Assembly: GCF_006345805.1 (NCBI RefSeq)
Contig: NC_042999.1
Span: 41,788,001-41,852,000 of the forward strand
Direction: 5' to 3'
Length of the DNA stretch: 64,000 bases
Source of the DNA: Octopus sinensis
Lineage: Eukaryota
In this document: piece after piece, positions 37,380 through 50,732 of the stretch
How positions within the stretch are numbered: the first letter of the stretch is position 1
How the letters are laid out: each line of letters starts with the position of its first letter
Translations under genes and position numbers: made by a program
The notes under the pieces: generated by a model
Told to the model about the DNA's origin: nothing
Database searches by the model: none
Seen by the model: the letters and a program-made list of their open reading frames with translations, nothing else

Positions 37380-37630
37380 TATGTGTGTGTGTGTATATTT
37401 GTGTCCACTCCCCCACTAACGAATAACCGGTGCTAGTTTGTTTACGTCCCCGTGAATTTCCGGCTGGGCAAAAGAAGCTAATAGAATACGTAACAATTAT
37501 CAAAAGGAAGAAAAGAAAAAAAGCAGAAGAAAAAGAATAAAGAAAAGAAAAAAGTACTGGAATTGATTTGTTCGATTTTATTCTTCCAAGCGGTAACCTC
37601 GCAATGACTGAAATAAATAAAGAATGGATG

Positions 37631-38017
37631 GAAGCACTCCGTCGGTTACGACGATGTGGGTTCCGGTTGATCCGAATCAACGGAACAGCCTGCTCGTGAA
37701 ATTAACGTGTAAGTGGCTGAGCACTCCACAGACACGCGCACCCTTAACGTAGTTCTCGGGGATATTCAGCGTGACACAGAGAGTGACAAGGCCGGACCCT
37801 TGAAATACAGGTACAACAGAAACAGGAAGTAAGAGTGAGAGAAAGTTGTGGTGAAAGAGTACAGCAGGGATCACCACCACCCCCTGTCGGAGCCTCGTGG
37901 AGCTTTTTTAAGGTGTTTTCGCTCAATAAACACTCACAACGCCCGGTCTGGGAATCGAAACCGCGATCTTATGACCGCGAGTCCGCTGCCCTGACCACTG
38001 GGCCATTGAGCCTCCAC
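37631..38017 (-). mobile_element. tRNA-derived SINE (family C), full length
   Basis: Minus-strand head GTGGAGGCTCAATGGCCCAGTGG..GTTTCGATTCCCAGACC; homologous to 52590-53021. Confidence 0.88.
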
Positions 38018-38224
38018 AAATAAAGAATATATTGTCTTCGGAGATGCAATTTCGATTCCAGAAACTTCGGAATGGATATTCCTTATAATTTCCATTTATT
38101 TTCATCCTCTGTTTTAGTTTACACTGTTTAATATATGTTTTTTTTACCAAAGGCGGCGATCTGGCAGAATCGTTAACGCGAAGTGCATAGTGTTCTCGTT
38201 GTATCTGCCTTTCCGTTCAAATAC

Positions 38225-38456
38225 CTATTTCTTTACTACCCACAAGGAGCTAAACACAGAGGGGACACACAAAGACAGACATAGGTATTAAGTCGATTAC
38301 ATCGACCCCAGTGCGGAACTGGTACTTAATTTATCGACCCCGAAAGGATGAAAGGCAAAGTCAACCTCGGCGGAATTTGAACTCACAACGTAACGACAGA
38401 CGAAATACCGCTAAACATTTCGTCCGGCGTGCTAACGTTTCTGCCAGCTCGCCGCC
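38225..38456 (-). mobile_element. Family B SINE with 15-bp TSD, inserted in the B-box of an older plus-strand SINE
   Basis: TTTCCGTTCAAATAC at 38210-38224 and 38459-38473. Confidence 0.92.
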
Positions 38457-39482
38457 TTTTTCCGTTCAAATACCGATGAGGTCGACTTTCCGTTTTTATC
38501 TTTTCGGACTTAATGAAATACGTACCAGTTGAAGCACTGTGATCGATGTAATGGACTTATACTTTTCCCAGGAATTGCTGGCCTTGTTCCAACATTTCCA
38601 ATCAATATTTGCTTTCCCCCAGGAATGCTGTTGTCAAGTAATTTATAATTTTAAAAATTTATTTTATTATATACCTATTCTTGCATTCAGAACATTCTGA
38701 TTTATTTATATGTTTTTCAAAATTTCAGGTGATTTTTTGGGGGGTTTTCTTTCGTCTGTTTTTGAATAATGATTTCTTTGTAATTATTATCTCCCTGTGA
38801 AATAAAGACGTAACAGTTCCACGTGTCGAATCTTTCCTTCAAAGATGATTGATATAAACGGTCATACTGGAAGTAATATGTTATTAGATGCTTGTTTCTA
38901 ATTTATTACATTTCTTACACCAACCTCTCTTACTAACTGAAATTTCAATAACATTCCAGCATTCGTGTATCAGACCCCAAAAACGTTTCAGCTTTGAGTT
39001 CAAACAGCTTTCATATTTTGTAATAAATTGGTTTATATTTTGATTCAATGCCTCAAACATATAAGGTGGAGTGGGTGTTTTTCTACCTCCTGCTGGTAGG
39101 TGGTCAATATATTTGTTGTTCTGTTTAATATTCCGCAGAGGGAGAAAAACCATGAGACGATTAGAAAAGTCTATGCACGAGAGGAGGTGAAATGAAGACT
39201 GGAATAGTGTTCGGAGATAGTGTTATATGGTTTACTAGTTCAGAGGTACGAGAACTATGGTTACAGCGATAGGGCAGCTAGGGAAAGGGAAAGGGAGGAA
39301 GGGTCAGAGATAGGAGCAGGACATGGGGCCAGCTTACATTAGTTTTAATTTGCTGTCGAAGTAACCTTTTCATAAGGTAGTTAATTTTTTTAAGAAGATT
39401 GCATACAATCGGGTTACACGAGAACCGATCCCATCACAAGCTAATGAAAATATGTGACATGTAACAAAGTAAACCAGTAATA

Positions 39483-39878
39483 TTAGTTTCAAATTTTGGC
39501 ACAAGGCCAGTAATTTCGGGGGGAGGGAAGTCTTTTACATCTACTCCAGTGTACAACTGGTATTTATTTTATCGACGCCGAATGGATGAAAGGCAAACTG
39601 GACATCGGCGGAATTTGAACTCAGAACATAAAGACGGACGAAATGCCTATTTCTTTACTACCTACAAGGGGCTAAACATAGAGTGGACAAACAAGGTCAG
39701 ACAAAGGGATTAAGTCGATCACATCGACCCCAGTGCGTAACTGGTACTTGATTTATCGACCCCGAAAGGATGAAAGGCAAAGTCGACCTCGGCGGAATTT
39801 GAACTCAGAACGTAACGCCAGACGAAATACCGCTAAGCATTTCGCCCGGCGTGCAAACGATTCTGCCAGCTCGCCGCC
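39483..39878 (-). mobile_element. Family B SINE dimer (young unit joined to an old-tail unit)
   Basis: Junction AAATAG|GCATTTCGTCC at 39646/39647. Confidence 0.88.
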
Positions 39879-40215
39879 TTAAGTAATCAACTAATATTAG
39901 TCATAGTTGCATTCCCACTCTAGGTTTTTGCCCAATGACTTTAAGGCATCTAGCAGAATATAAAAAAAGAATCCTAGCTATGGTAGACTGACTATCCAAT
40001 GGCACCGAATGTCATCTCTGACCTTGGGAGGAGATGAATGCTACCAAGATCATCAAGCCCAATTAAATACATTAATGAGAAACATAGCAATGCGTGATAC
40101 TGTCGTAACCCGGACGAATTGGTACGGAAATTTCCATATCAAGAGGGGTTGAAATGATTGATAGAAATGCACAAAAAATTTTAACAAATAACAAATATAT
40201 TTTAACAAATATATA

Positions 40216-40386
40216 GGCGCAGGAGTGGCTGTGTGGTAAGTAGCTTGTTTGCCAACCACATGGTTCCGGGTTCAGTCCCACTGCGTGGCACCTTGGGCAA
40301 GTGTCTTCTACTATAGCCTCGGGCCGACCAAAGCCTAGTGAGTGGATTTGGTAGACAGAAACTGAAAGAAGCCCGTCGTATATATG

Positions 40387-40425
<39 letters not shown>

Positions 40426-40650
40426 ACGTGTATGTTTGTGTGTCTGTGTTTGTCACCCTAGCATTGCTTGACAACCGATGCTGGTGTGTTTATGTCCCCG
40501 CCACTTAGCAGTTCGGCAAAAGAGACCGAGAGAATAAGTACTCGGCTGACAAAGAATAAGTCCCGGGGTCGAGTTGCTCGATTAAAGGCGGTGCTCTAGC
40601 ATGGCCGCAGTCAAATGACTGAAACAAGTGAAAGAGTAAAGAGTAAGAGT
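40216..40650 (+). mobile_element. Family A SINE, full length
   Basis: GGCGCAGGAGTGGCTGTGTGGTAAG..GGGTTCAGTCCC..CCTTGGGCAAGTGTCTT..GACTGAAACAAGTGAAAGAG. Confidence 0.93.
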
Positions 40651-40813
40651 AACAGGAATCTCCACAGCAGAAACATTGAAGGGGAAGACTTGATTTGGTA
40701 TAATCTGGGAAGTTAGGTTTTGCTGCAGTTATTTAAACCCGAAGCAGATCTATGACAAAATGTGTGGCAATTGTGACGATCATGTTTCTTTTTCTAAACT
40801 ATATTGTCCAGTG

Positions 40814-41042
40814 CGGCGAGTTGGCAGAAACGTTAGCACGCCGGGCGATATGCGTAGCCGTATTTCGTCTGTCTTTACGTTCTGAGTTCAAATTCCGCTG
40901 AGGTCGACTTTGCCTTTCATCCTTTCGGGGACGATAAATTAAGTACCAGTTACGCACTGGGGTCGATGTAATCGACTTAATCCGTTTGCTTGTCCTTGTT
41001 TGTCCCCTCTGTGTTTAGCCCCTTGTGGTCAGTAAAGAAATA
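40814..41042 (+). mobile_element. Family B SINE with 14-bp TSD
   Basis: TATATTGTCCAGTG at 40800-40813 and 41043-41056. Confidence 0.92.
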
Positions 41043-41357
41043 TATATTGTCCAGTGTGACCTTTCATTTCATTTCCCCCTGGGGACGTATCCTGCCCAGC
41101 ATTGATGCGACTTCAGCAGCGTGGTTCAGATACTAGAGATCTATACCTGTTTAAGGATTTCACAATTTGTGAAGAAATCTCTCCGGTAGTGGTTGGGAAT
41201 GCTGCTGAGGCGACGCTGGTGGAAGTGCCAGAGGAGTCGTAGATGGTGGCGCTAAGTGGCGCACTACTGTGAACCATGTACGAGTATGGCCCTGTACACG
41301 CTTTTGTACACTGTGTGTGTATTTTTTTCTATGTATCTGTATGTGTGTGTACATTCA

Positions 41358-41366
41358 TAGACAGAG

Positions 41367-41401
<35 letters not shown>

Positions 41402-41478
41402 TAGATAGATAGACAGACAGCAAGACAGACAGATAGATACATAGATGGATGGATGGACGGACAGACAGACAGATAGAC

Positions 41479-41573
<95 letters not shown>

Positions 41574-41658
41574 TAGATAGATAGACAGACAGCAAGACAG
41601 ACAGATAGATACATAGATGGATGGATGGACGGACAGACAGACAGATAGACAGACAGAC

Positions 41659-41755
<97 letters not shown>
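41358..41755. repeat. (GATA)n/(GACA)n compound microsatellite with an internal ~170-bp duplication
   Basis: Marker AGCAAGACAGACAGATAGATACATAGATGGATGG occurs near 41419 and 41590. Confidence 0.9.
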
Positions 41756-41756
<1 letters not shown>

Positions 41757-42420
41757 GTTTCTTTATTGGCCACACAGGGCTGCACACAAATGGGACAAGT
41801 TACAAGGTAGAGCTTTTCTTTTGGGGGATAAAAAAGGGGGTTTGTTTTCGATCAAAGGGGATTGTAAAGGGAAAGAAAAAGGAAAGCAAAAAAAAAAGAA
41901 AGAAAGGAAAAAATCGATCAATAGGGATCGTTATCACAGAAATGTCAATATAAAGTGTAAAGGGGAAGACAGGTGAGGTTTACCCGTGGAAAGAAAAGCC
42001 TACGGAAAAGACCACGCTAACCTCGGTCAATGAAGTCACATGTTATAGTTTTTTACAAATAAGCAACTCTCTGTGTTAATTTTACGGTTCATAGGATCAT
42101 AATCAAGGTGGTTTCGTCATTCATACGTGCCATCCTTGCTTCATTCACCCATCTTTTTTTAAAACATTCACTAGACAAAACTTGCCTCTCTACTCTCACT
42201 TTCCTTTTCAAGTGGTACTTGAAGAAGTTGATGAGAGATTGACCAGACGGGAAAGTGTTTGTATTTAATCCTTTCAGGCGCGTCCACCAGATACATTCTT
42301 TCGCCATAGCCACAGGTATGATAAAAATAGCTCTTCCTTCCCGTTTGAAGGAATATATAGATAGATGGAGATGTCATCCTCGGTACGTGAGAACCAAGGG
42401 ATTCAATCTGTTAGTAAGCG
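41756..42420 (-). mobile_element. Tx1/L1-like LINE 3' fragment ending in (ATCT)n
   Basis: Minus strand VAMAKECIWWTRLKG..LINFFKYHLKRKVRVER..FKKRW, then a 3' UTR ending AATAAAGAAAC-(TATC)n. Confidence 0.65.
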
Positions 42421-42621
42421 CAATCTATCGACCAGATTTCAATTCCCAATTCGGTTAATTCACAAGAGTATACAATTTTGTTGTGAATATTGTCGAAAAC
42501 AAGCATACCTGTCTTGTTCATTGCTTGTAACCAACAGAACTAATCCCGCCATCGCAGAATAACATTTGTTACCAAAACTGCGTAACAAAATACCGTAATA
42601 TGTTATCATGTTTCAAGATAT

Positions 42622-42795
42622 ATACTCTTTACTCTTTTACTTGTTTCAGTCATTTGACTGCGGCCATGCTGGAGCACCGCCTTTAATCGAGCAACTCGAC
42701 CCCGGGACTTATCTTTTGTAAGCCCAGTACTTATTCTATCGGTCTCTTTTGCCGAATCGCTAAGTGACGGGGATGCAAACACACCAGCATCGGTT
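42622..42795 (-). mobile_element. Family A SINE 3' half truncated by the assembly gap
   Basis: Reverse-complement tail TACTCTTTTACTCTTTTACTTGTTTCAGTC running into the Ns. Confidence 0.9.
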
Positions 42796-42895
42796 NNNNN
42801 NNNNNNNNNNNNNNNNNNNNNNNNNNNNNNNNNNNNNNNNNNNNNNNNNNNNNNNNNNNNNNNNNNNNNNNNNNNNNNNNNNNNNNNNNNNNNNN
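42796..42895. other. Assembly gap (100 N)
   Basis: Run of 100 n. Confidence 0.99.
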
Positions 42896-42899
42896 ATCT

Positions 42900-43210
42900 T
42901 GCGCAGTGGATGTGCAAACGTCTTTATCAATGTTCCATAGACTTTTGCAGACTGTTTCTCTCCGTTGCATCATACCCCATGAGAAGATAATATGTGGAAG
43001 ACATTCTCTTGGCAATAATTAAGTTGATGTCTTCAATCTCAGCTTTGTACAGCTATATTTCTTGCTAAATTTTTTTCTACATTTTTATGCTGTAGGTATT
43101 TGGTGGGGATCTCTTGTTCCTGAATTGCATGGAGGTACCCTTCGAAGATGGATGTCTTAAACTTATAAGTACTTCATACCATGCTTTTCTCATGATCAAT
43201 TCTTTCTATG
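42900..43210 (-). mobile_element. R4/Dong-like LINE fragment (region around the zinc knuckle)
   Basis: Minus strand IFEGYLHAIQEQEIPTKYLQHK. Confidence 0.6.
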
Positions 43211-43634
43211 GTTTGCGTTTTTATAAGAAGTACCTATGTATTATCTTCTCAGTAAAATGGTCCATTTCCTTATTTTGTTATTTTTAGAAACAGATGTATG
43301 TATGTATTATATGCATACATACACCAATACCGATCTATATATAGGTACATATAGGACGAAGTGAAACGATATTTATACACACTCATACACACGTACACAC
43401 ACAGAGCACACATATAAATACACCTACGTGCAGGCGCAGATAAACATGATGATGAAATATATATATAAAACTATAAGAAACTGTGTATGAGTTTAGGTTT
43501 AAAAACGAATAGATAAATAAAAAGCAATAAAAAAAGAGAAATAAACTAAATGAAGTAAATTATAGGAATAAAACAGAAGCATAGGTTACTAATACATTTA
43601 CGCATACTACATATAAATGCGTATGCACGCATAT

Positions 43635-43676
<42 letters not shown>

Positions 43677-43778
43677 GCATAAACGCGCTCACGCGTCAGA
43701 TACACGCACGCATATTTACTTATATGTAACATAGACATAGATATGCTTACACAGATGTGTGCTTGGTGTGTTGTGTGT

Positions 43779-43855
<77 letters not shown>

Positions 43856-44831
43856 CAGGAATAACGGGTAGTAGATATATGAATCCAGAAATACAGACAG
43901 GCATATATACACATACAACAATATGATGTGCTTTATATGCAAGACAAATAACGAATATTAGAATTCTATATAGTTTACTGCATTAAACTGCTAAAATCAT
44001 ATGTATGAATGCATAAGCGAGCGTGTACATTGTTACATCTGCTGCGAATATAGGCAATAATATCTGAAGAGAGCGAAATATATTAGAAGTAATAAAATGA
44101 AGCGTCATCAGTGATATAATCACTTCTACAGCTGCTTCAGTAATTCTTGCGGCACAGAAATTTAGATAGAATAAGAAACATGTCTTCATGGTATAATTTC
44201 CAGATAAATTATAACGAATATTTCTCTATGGATATTGTTCTGTGCAGAAATGATTAACGATTATTACCTAATAGAATGTTGTAAGAATGATTGAAAGAGC
44301 AGTAAAAATGAATATATTGGGATGCATCTAATGCTGCTTAATGTTAAGCTCGGCGGGATTTGAGCTCAGAACACAAAGACCCCCGAACAAATATTGGAAA
44401 TCATAAGCAGCGAAACAGTAAAAATTTGCATTGACATTTCTGAAGCGCAATACGTGGTTTTTCTATTTTCACCATCTATATTTCAGCTATGGAGTTTAGT
44501 ATGTTTGTTAAAAACGAGCCCGTTCATTACAGGAAGGTAATGAATAATTAAAAATGGATGAGAAACTGCATATATACATATGTGTGTGCGTATGTGTTAT
44601 TATGAGTGCGCGCGTGTGTGTGTATCTGTGTGTGTGTGTTGGTGTGTGTATGTGTGTGGTGCGTGTGTGTGTGTGTGTGCGCTTGTGTGGTGTGGATGTG
44701 TGTGTGTGCGTGTGTGTGTGTGCGTGTGTGGTGTGTGTTGGTGTGTGTGCGTGTGTGTGCGTGTGGTGTGTGTGGGTGTGTGTGCGTTGGGTGTGTGTGT
44801 GCGTGGTGTGTGTTGTGGTGTGGTGTGTGTG

Positions 44832-44871
<40 letters not shown>

Positions 44872-45485
44872 TGCGGGTGTGTGGAAAGTACCAATCTAGC
44901 TTAGTTTATTACAATTCCGTTACAGAAAATAAAACTGTTGGCGACACATCGCGATATTTTTATTGTTTTGATTTCATTTACTATTTCAGTTGTTTCGATT
45001 CAAAATGAAAATGAAAGCAATATGGTCAGAAAGAACAACAAAAATAACGACAACCTCAGTATCAGAAACGAACACAGGAAAAACCACTAGCTCAACACCG
45101 ATGACAACAACAAGAATAATAGTTATAATAATAGTAAAACCATTTTCTCAAATTTATGCGAATTCAGTTATAATGTTAAGCTAAAAAGGGAAGTTTAATA
45201 AAAATGGAAAAACTGGAAACTAAGTAGAAGAATTTGCCTTAAATGCATACTGTGTTGACAATGAGTTTGCGTAGATGCTGAAAGGCAGTGTAAACTATGT
45301 AAATAAGAATGTATGAGAAACAAATGATATAACGCTGCTTATACATATAAAACTCATTCATGGACAACATATTGACACATATAATGGGTACATGTATGCA
45401 TGCATACATGCATAAATATATAAGCAGAAATACACTCAGAAAAATATATTAGTGTACATATATCTGTTTATATGTATGTTATATA

Positions 45486-45594
<109 letters not shown>

Positions 45595-45680
45595 TATAGA
45601 TAGACAGATATAAGATATACATATATATAGCATGTATATATGAGCATATGTATCATGTATATACATCATTATATATAGTA

Positions 45681-45749
<69 letters not shown>

Positions 45750-46191
45750 TGTATGTATGTATGTATGTATGTACATGCTTATATATCTCTATAATTTATA
45801 GATAAGCATATGCGACTATGTCACTACCACACACACATACACATTTCTATATATGCATTTAATTCACGTATAGTTAGCCATTCTGCCTTTAAAGTATCAA
45901 TAAAGTGCATGCTAACTACATACCAACCTAAAATAAAGTATTACAGCTCCAGAATATAACGATTAACTCATTGCAATCAAGAAGTGTTGACGTGTGCAAA
46001 GTTGATCAATTGGAAATTAGACAAGATTGAAGCAATTATTTCCCCCTGGTGCTCCCCCTCCAACCATTGACGCCGTTTTTACTGCTATCACACTAATTTC
46101 TGTTTTTACAAATTATATTTCACAAACATATATTTATTTTGCCGTTTCTTTCTTTAGCGTTATTTTAAATGTTTTATTTACATTGTCATTA

Positions 46192-46255
<64 letters not shown>

Positions 46256-46434
46256 CGTTTTTTTTTAAAATTAATATTCGTGTATGATTTCTTTTGGTGT
46301 CTTTCCTGAATCACCATCTTTCTTAATTTTCTCAAATTATTCATTATTGCTTTCGCTATCTCCAGTAGATTTTATAATCCCCCATTACACTGACATACAA
46401 ACACGCATACTGACACGTAAACGCGCAAGAATAC

Positions 46435-46472
<38 letters not shown>

Positions 46473-46503
46473 GCATGTATGTATGTATGTATTTTGTGTG
46501 TAC

Positions 46504-46544
<41 letters not shown>

Positions 46545-46588
46545 TTTCCAGTTTCAGCTATTGAGCTGTGGCCATGCTGGGGCACCGC

Positions 46589-46655
<67 letters not shown>

Positions 46656-47903
46656 AAATATATATATATATAAACCACACACAATGACATCCATACGTAC
46701 AGTCATATATTTTGTATATCAGTGTAGTGGATTTGTGTCTGTATGTACCTACAGACGACAGAGTAACCGATACAGACAGACACAGACATATACTTACATA
46801 CATGAATACATACAGACACACACACACACGCACACACGTTAAGCATTCATGATTCTCTTTTATGATGATTTCTTAATTGTTGATATTTTTTTATTCTTTT
46901 TTTCTTTCTTCCTTTTGTCTGTTTGCCTTTTTCTTTCGCATCATCAATTTTCCTCTCCTGCACTAAGCTAAATAAATGTAATTCAAAAATTCTTGCAGTA
47001 GATTTCATAGTAAATTATTTTCACTACATCTGTTGTTTTACATTCACTTGCATCTATTGCATCTAATGCATTTGTATATTTCTTATATTTTTACTTTATC
47101 CTTTTCATTTTCTTATATATTAGTCTTGTATTTAGTTCCTCTTCTTGCTATTTATATATTTATTCTTTAAATATATTTATTTTTCATTAGTTTTCTTCTT
47201 ACCTATTACTATTATTTTTAAACCTATTTTAATTTTTAATCCATTTACATTTTTGTATGAGATGCAAACAACTTTTTATATTTAGTACCTAATTTTTTTT
47301 TTATTTTGTACCACCTTTCACCAACATTTAAATGCACAGCCGCCATGATTTTCTATGCATCCGTATATACCTTCTGTTGCCATCATTTTCTAATTTCTTG
47401 CTTCTTGTGATCAACTGTCCCGTCTTTTTCTTGTTAATTTTCTCTCTTCCTCATTCTATTCCTACTTCTGTTTTTCTTTTTTATTTCTTCTTTATCTTCT
47501 GTTCCCCCTCCTCCTCCTTTCTCCCACTTCTTCCTCCTTTCTCCCACTTCTTCCTCCTTTCTCCCACTTCTTCCTCCTTTCTCCCACTTCCTCCTCCTAT
47601 TTCTCGTAACTATTGGAACAATAATCATTACTATAGCCGTAAGAGGAATATTAGTAGTAGTAGTAGTAGTAGTAGTATCTGTAATTAATACGGTAGTTGC
47701 GATAGTATACATACACACACACTCAAACACATACACACCCCATCACACAAGCACACACACACAAATATATTCATGATGCATATATTTATACATGCAATTT
47801 TATGTACATATGTGTGTATATGTACATAATATATAAATATGTAATATATATATATATATATATATAGATAGATAGATAGATAGATAGATATCAATATAGA
47901 CAG

Positions 47904-47937
<34 letters not shown>

Positions 47938-48025
47938 ATGCACGTTTGTATGTTAGCATGCATGTATGTTTATATATGCATTTATGTTTGTTAGTATGCA
48001 GGCAGTATACATGTATATACAAATA

Positions 48026-48119
<94 letters not shown>

Positions 48120-48572
48120 TATCTATGCTATATATTTATATGTATGTATGCATGCATGCATTTATGTATGTTCTTTTCCCCGTTTTATGTGGAATATTAC
48201 TTTTCTTATCTGCATAAATCCTGTAGGACTTGTATCGAATTATTCGAGAGAGTAAATTTGTCTTTTCGTTGTCTGTTTTACTTTCTTCTTGTATCGTTTC
48301 ATTTCTATTTATTTTATTTATTTCCTTTTTTTTTTTTTTTTTTTTTTTTTCATTTTCACTTATTTATAAATTTCTCTTTCTCTACCTTTTTCTGCGTTTG
48401 AATTTTATTTTTACTTTTATTTTCGGTATAAATTATTCCTTTGTTTTGGTTAACTTGATTTGTTTATTTATATTTATCTACCATTATGTTAGAAATGTAT
48501 ATTTAATTTTCATCTTTCTTGTTTACAACAAAACTGGCAGGGAATCTAAGAAATAAGTATATATATTTATAT

Positions 48573-48603
<31 letters not shown>

Positions 48604-48844
48604 TTATATAATTTTTATATACATATATATATATTCATTATATATATATATATATCGTATATATCTATATAATATATAATATTTATTTATATATATATAT
48701 ATTTATTTATATATTATATATATACATTTATATATATCTATGCCCAAATGTGTTGTACAAAGAAAAAGGAAATATTAGGAATACATGAATATGATGACAA
48801 CTGTCATTTTAGTGGTGGTGATGGTGGTGGTTGTGAGGTTGGGG

Positions 48845-48875
<31 letters not shown>

Positions 48876-48974
48876 GGTGGGGTGGGTTGTTGTTGTTGTT
48901 GGTGGTGGTGGCTTCCGTAGTATTAGTGTCTTCGACGACCAAAATGAGGATGTTGAGGCTGCTGCTGCTGCTTC

Positions 48975-49015
<41 letters not shown>

Positions 49016-49399
49016 ATGATGAAGATGATGGTGACGGCGACGATGACCACGAAAATTACGGTGAAGGAGTTGAAAGAAAACTACACCTTTCTCGCCATCA
49101 TCATCATCACCGATGTGCTCATTCGGAACATATAAATGATGCCCAATGAGTAAATATTTTAAAGTGACTGAGAAAACAAGAAAATATTTATAGAAGTATG
49201 TATGTTTTTAAGAGAGACGAGGAGAAAACAAGAAAGAGAAAGAGAGAGAGAGAGGGACAGACAGAAAGAAACAGAGACGGAGAGGAAGAGAGAATGAGGC
49301 ACAGCAAATAGGTTGGGGATGTTGAGAGTGAGAGAGAATTATAGGGAAATGAGAGCAGCGGTGATAAAGAATAGTGTAGACAGTCTGAAAGTAATCTGG

Positions 49400-50270
49400 G
49401 AGACAGCGTGGAAAAAAAACCGAAAGAAAATGAAGACAAAAATAATAGAATTTAGGGAGAGTAGACATGGATATAGAAGAAGGGAGAAGAAGGAGGAGAA
49501 GAAAAGAAGAAGAGAAACAGAAGAAGAAGAAAAGAGAGAAGAAGAAAAAGAGAAGAAGAAGACAAGAAGGGAAGACGAAAAATAAGAAAGAAGAGAGAAG
49601 AAGAAGAAGAAACAGAGAGAAAGAAGGAAGAAGAGAGAAAGAGAAAGAATAAGAAAAAGAAAGAGAGGAGAAGAAAAGAAGAAAAAGAAGAAGAGAAAAG
49701 AAGAAAGAGCAGCGAAGAAGAAGAAGAAGAAGAAGAAAGAAAATAGAAAGAAGAAGAAAAAAAGAGAAGAAGAAGAGAAGAGAAGAAGAAGAAGAAGAAA
49801 TTTAGATTGAAGAATGAGAAAGAAGAAAGAGAACGAAGTATAAGAAGAAGAAGAAAAAGAAAAGAAAAGAAGAAGAAGAACGAAGAAAAGGAAGAAGAAG
49901 AAGAAAGAAGAGAAGAAGAAGCAGAAGCGAAGAAAGAAGAAGAAGAAGAAGAAAGAAGAAGAAGAAGAAGAAGAAGAAGAATAGCGCGAAGAAGGGAGAA
50001 GAGAGAAGAGGTGAATGAAATAAATAATGAAGAGAATACGTAAATAATGAGGAAGACAAAGAAATAGAAGATGAAATGAGAAGAACGAAGAAGAAAGAAA
50101 GAGCAGAAGAAGAAGAAAGAGAAAGAAGAAGAAGAAGAAGAAGAAAGAAGAAGAAGAAGAAAAATAATGAAGAGAATGAGAATGAGGGGAAGACGAGAAA
50201 ATAGGCGGAATGAGAGAAAGAACAACAGTAACAAATAAAATACGAAGAAGAAAAGAAAAAGTAAAAGAAA
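49400..50270. repeat. (GAA)n-derived polypurine/polypyrimidine tract
   Basis: ~870 bp almost entirely A/G on the plus strand. Confidence 0.95.
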
Positions 50271-50732
50271 CGCACGTGCACGCATGCGTGTGTCAAATTT
50301 CGTTGCAAAGCATTAGTCAGACGGGATCTATAGCATAAGACATTTGCCCAAGGTCTCGTGAATCTGAGATCACGTGATCACGAATTGAACTGTTTTTTTT
50401 TAACTATTAAACCATATTAAAGATAAAAGGAAATGACTAAAATTTGGTAACATCATTAATTTCGAAAATTCATTTGCAGGGCTGTGGTATAAATGACGTA
50501 TGACAACAAAAATTGATTGAAAATTTTTCTCTTAGTTGAAAACAGAAAGCTTAAAACTTAACAGTGTATGTTTGTGGTTCTCAAAGAAAATATGGGGAGA
50601 TAATTTTAAGCAATTAGGAATTAATCTCTGAAAATTAATTTAGAAGCTTAGATGAAGAGAGGCTTAATCTTTGTTTGCAGGCAGACACGGAAACAGCAAT
50701 GAACTTGTTTCGGTGAATTTAGTTAACATCAG

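Noticed and set aside
38884-39153. 89-aa minus-strand ORF (..FWGLIHECWNVIE..GWCKKC) as possible LINE N-terminus
   Set aside because: Plausible but no diagnostic motif that I can name; needs BLASTX.
41114-41242. Short open frame QQRGSDTRDLYLFKDF..EVPEES* as a possible terminal exon
   Set aside because: No recognisable domain, weak splice context and no partner exons; needs RNA-seq.
44058-44095. CTGAAGA-GAGC-GAAA
   Set aside because: Stem II is one base pair and stem I is absent; likely chance.
48748-49149. 133-aa ORF with poly-A/D/H runs
   Set aside because: Concatenated trinucleotide repeats; open in several frames with no domain.
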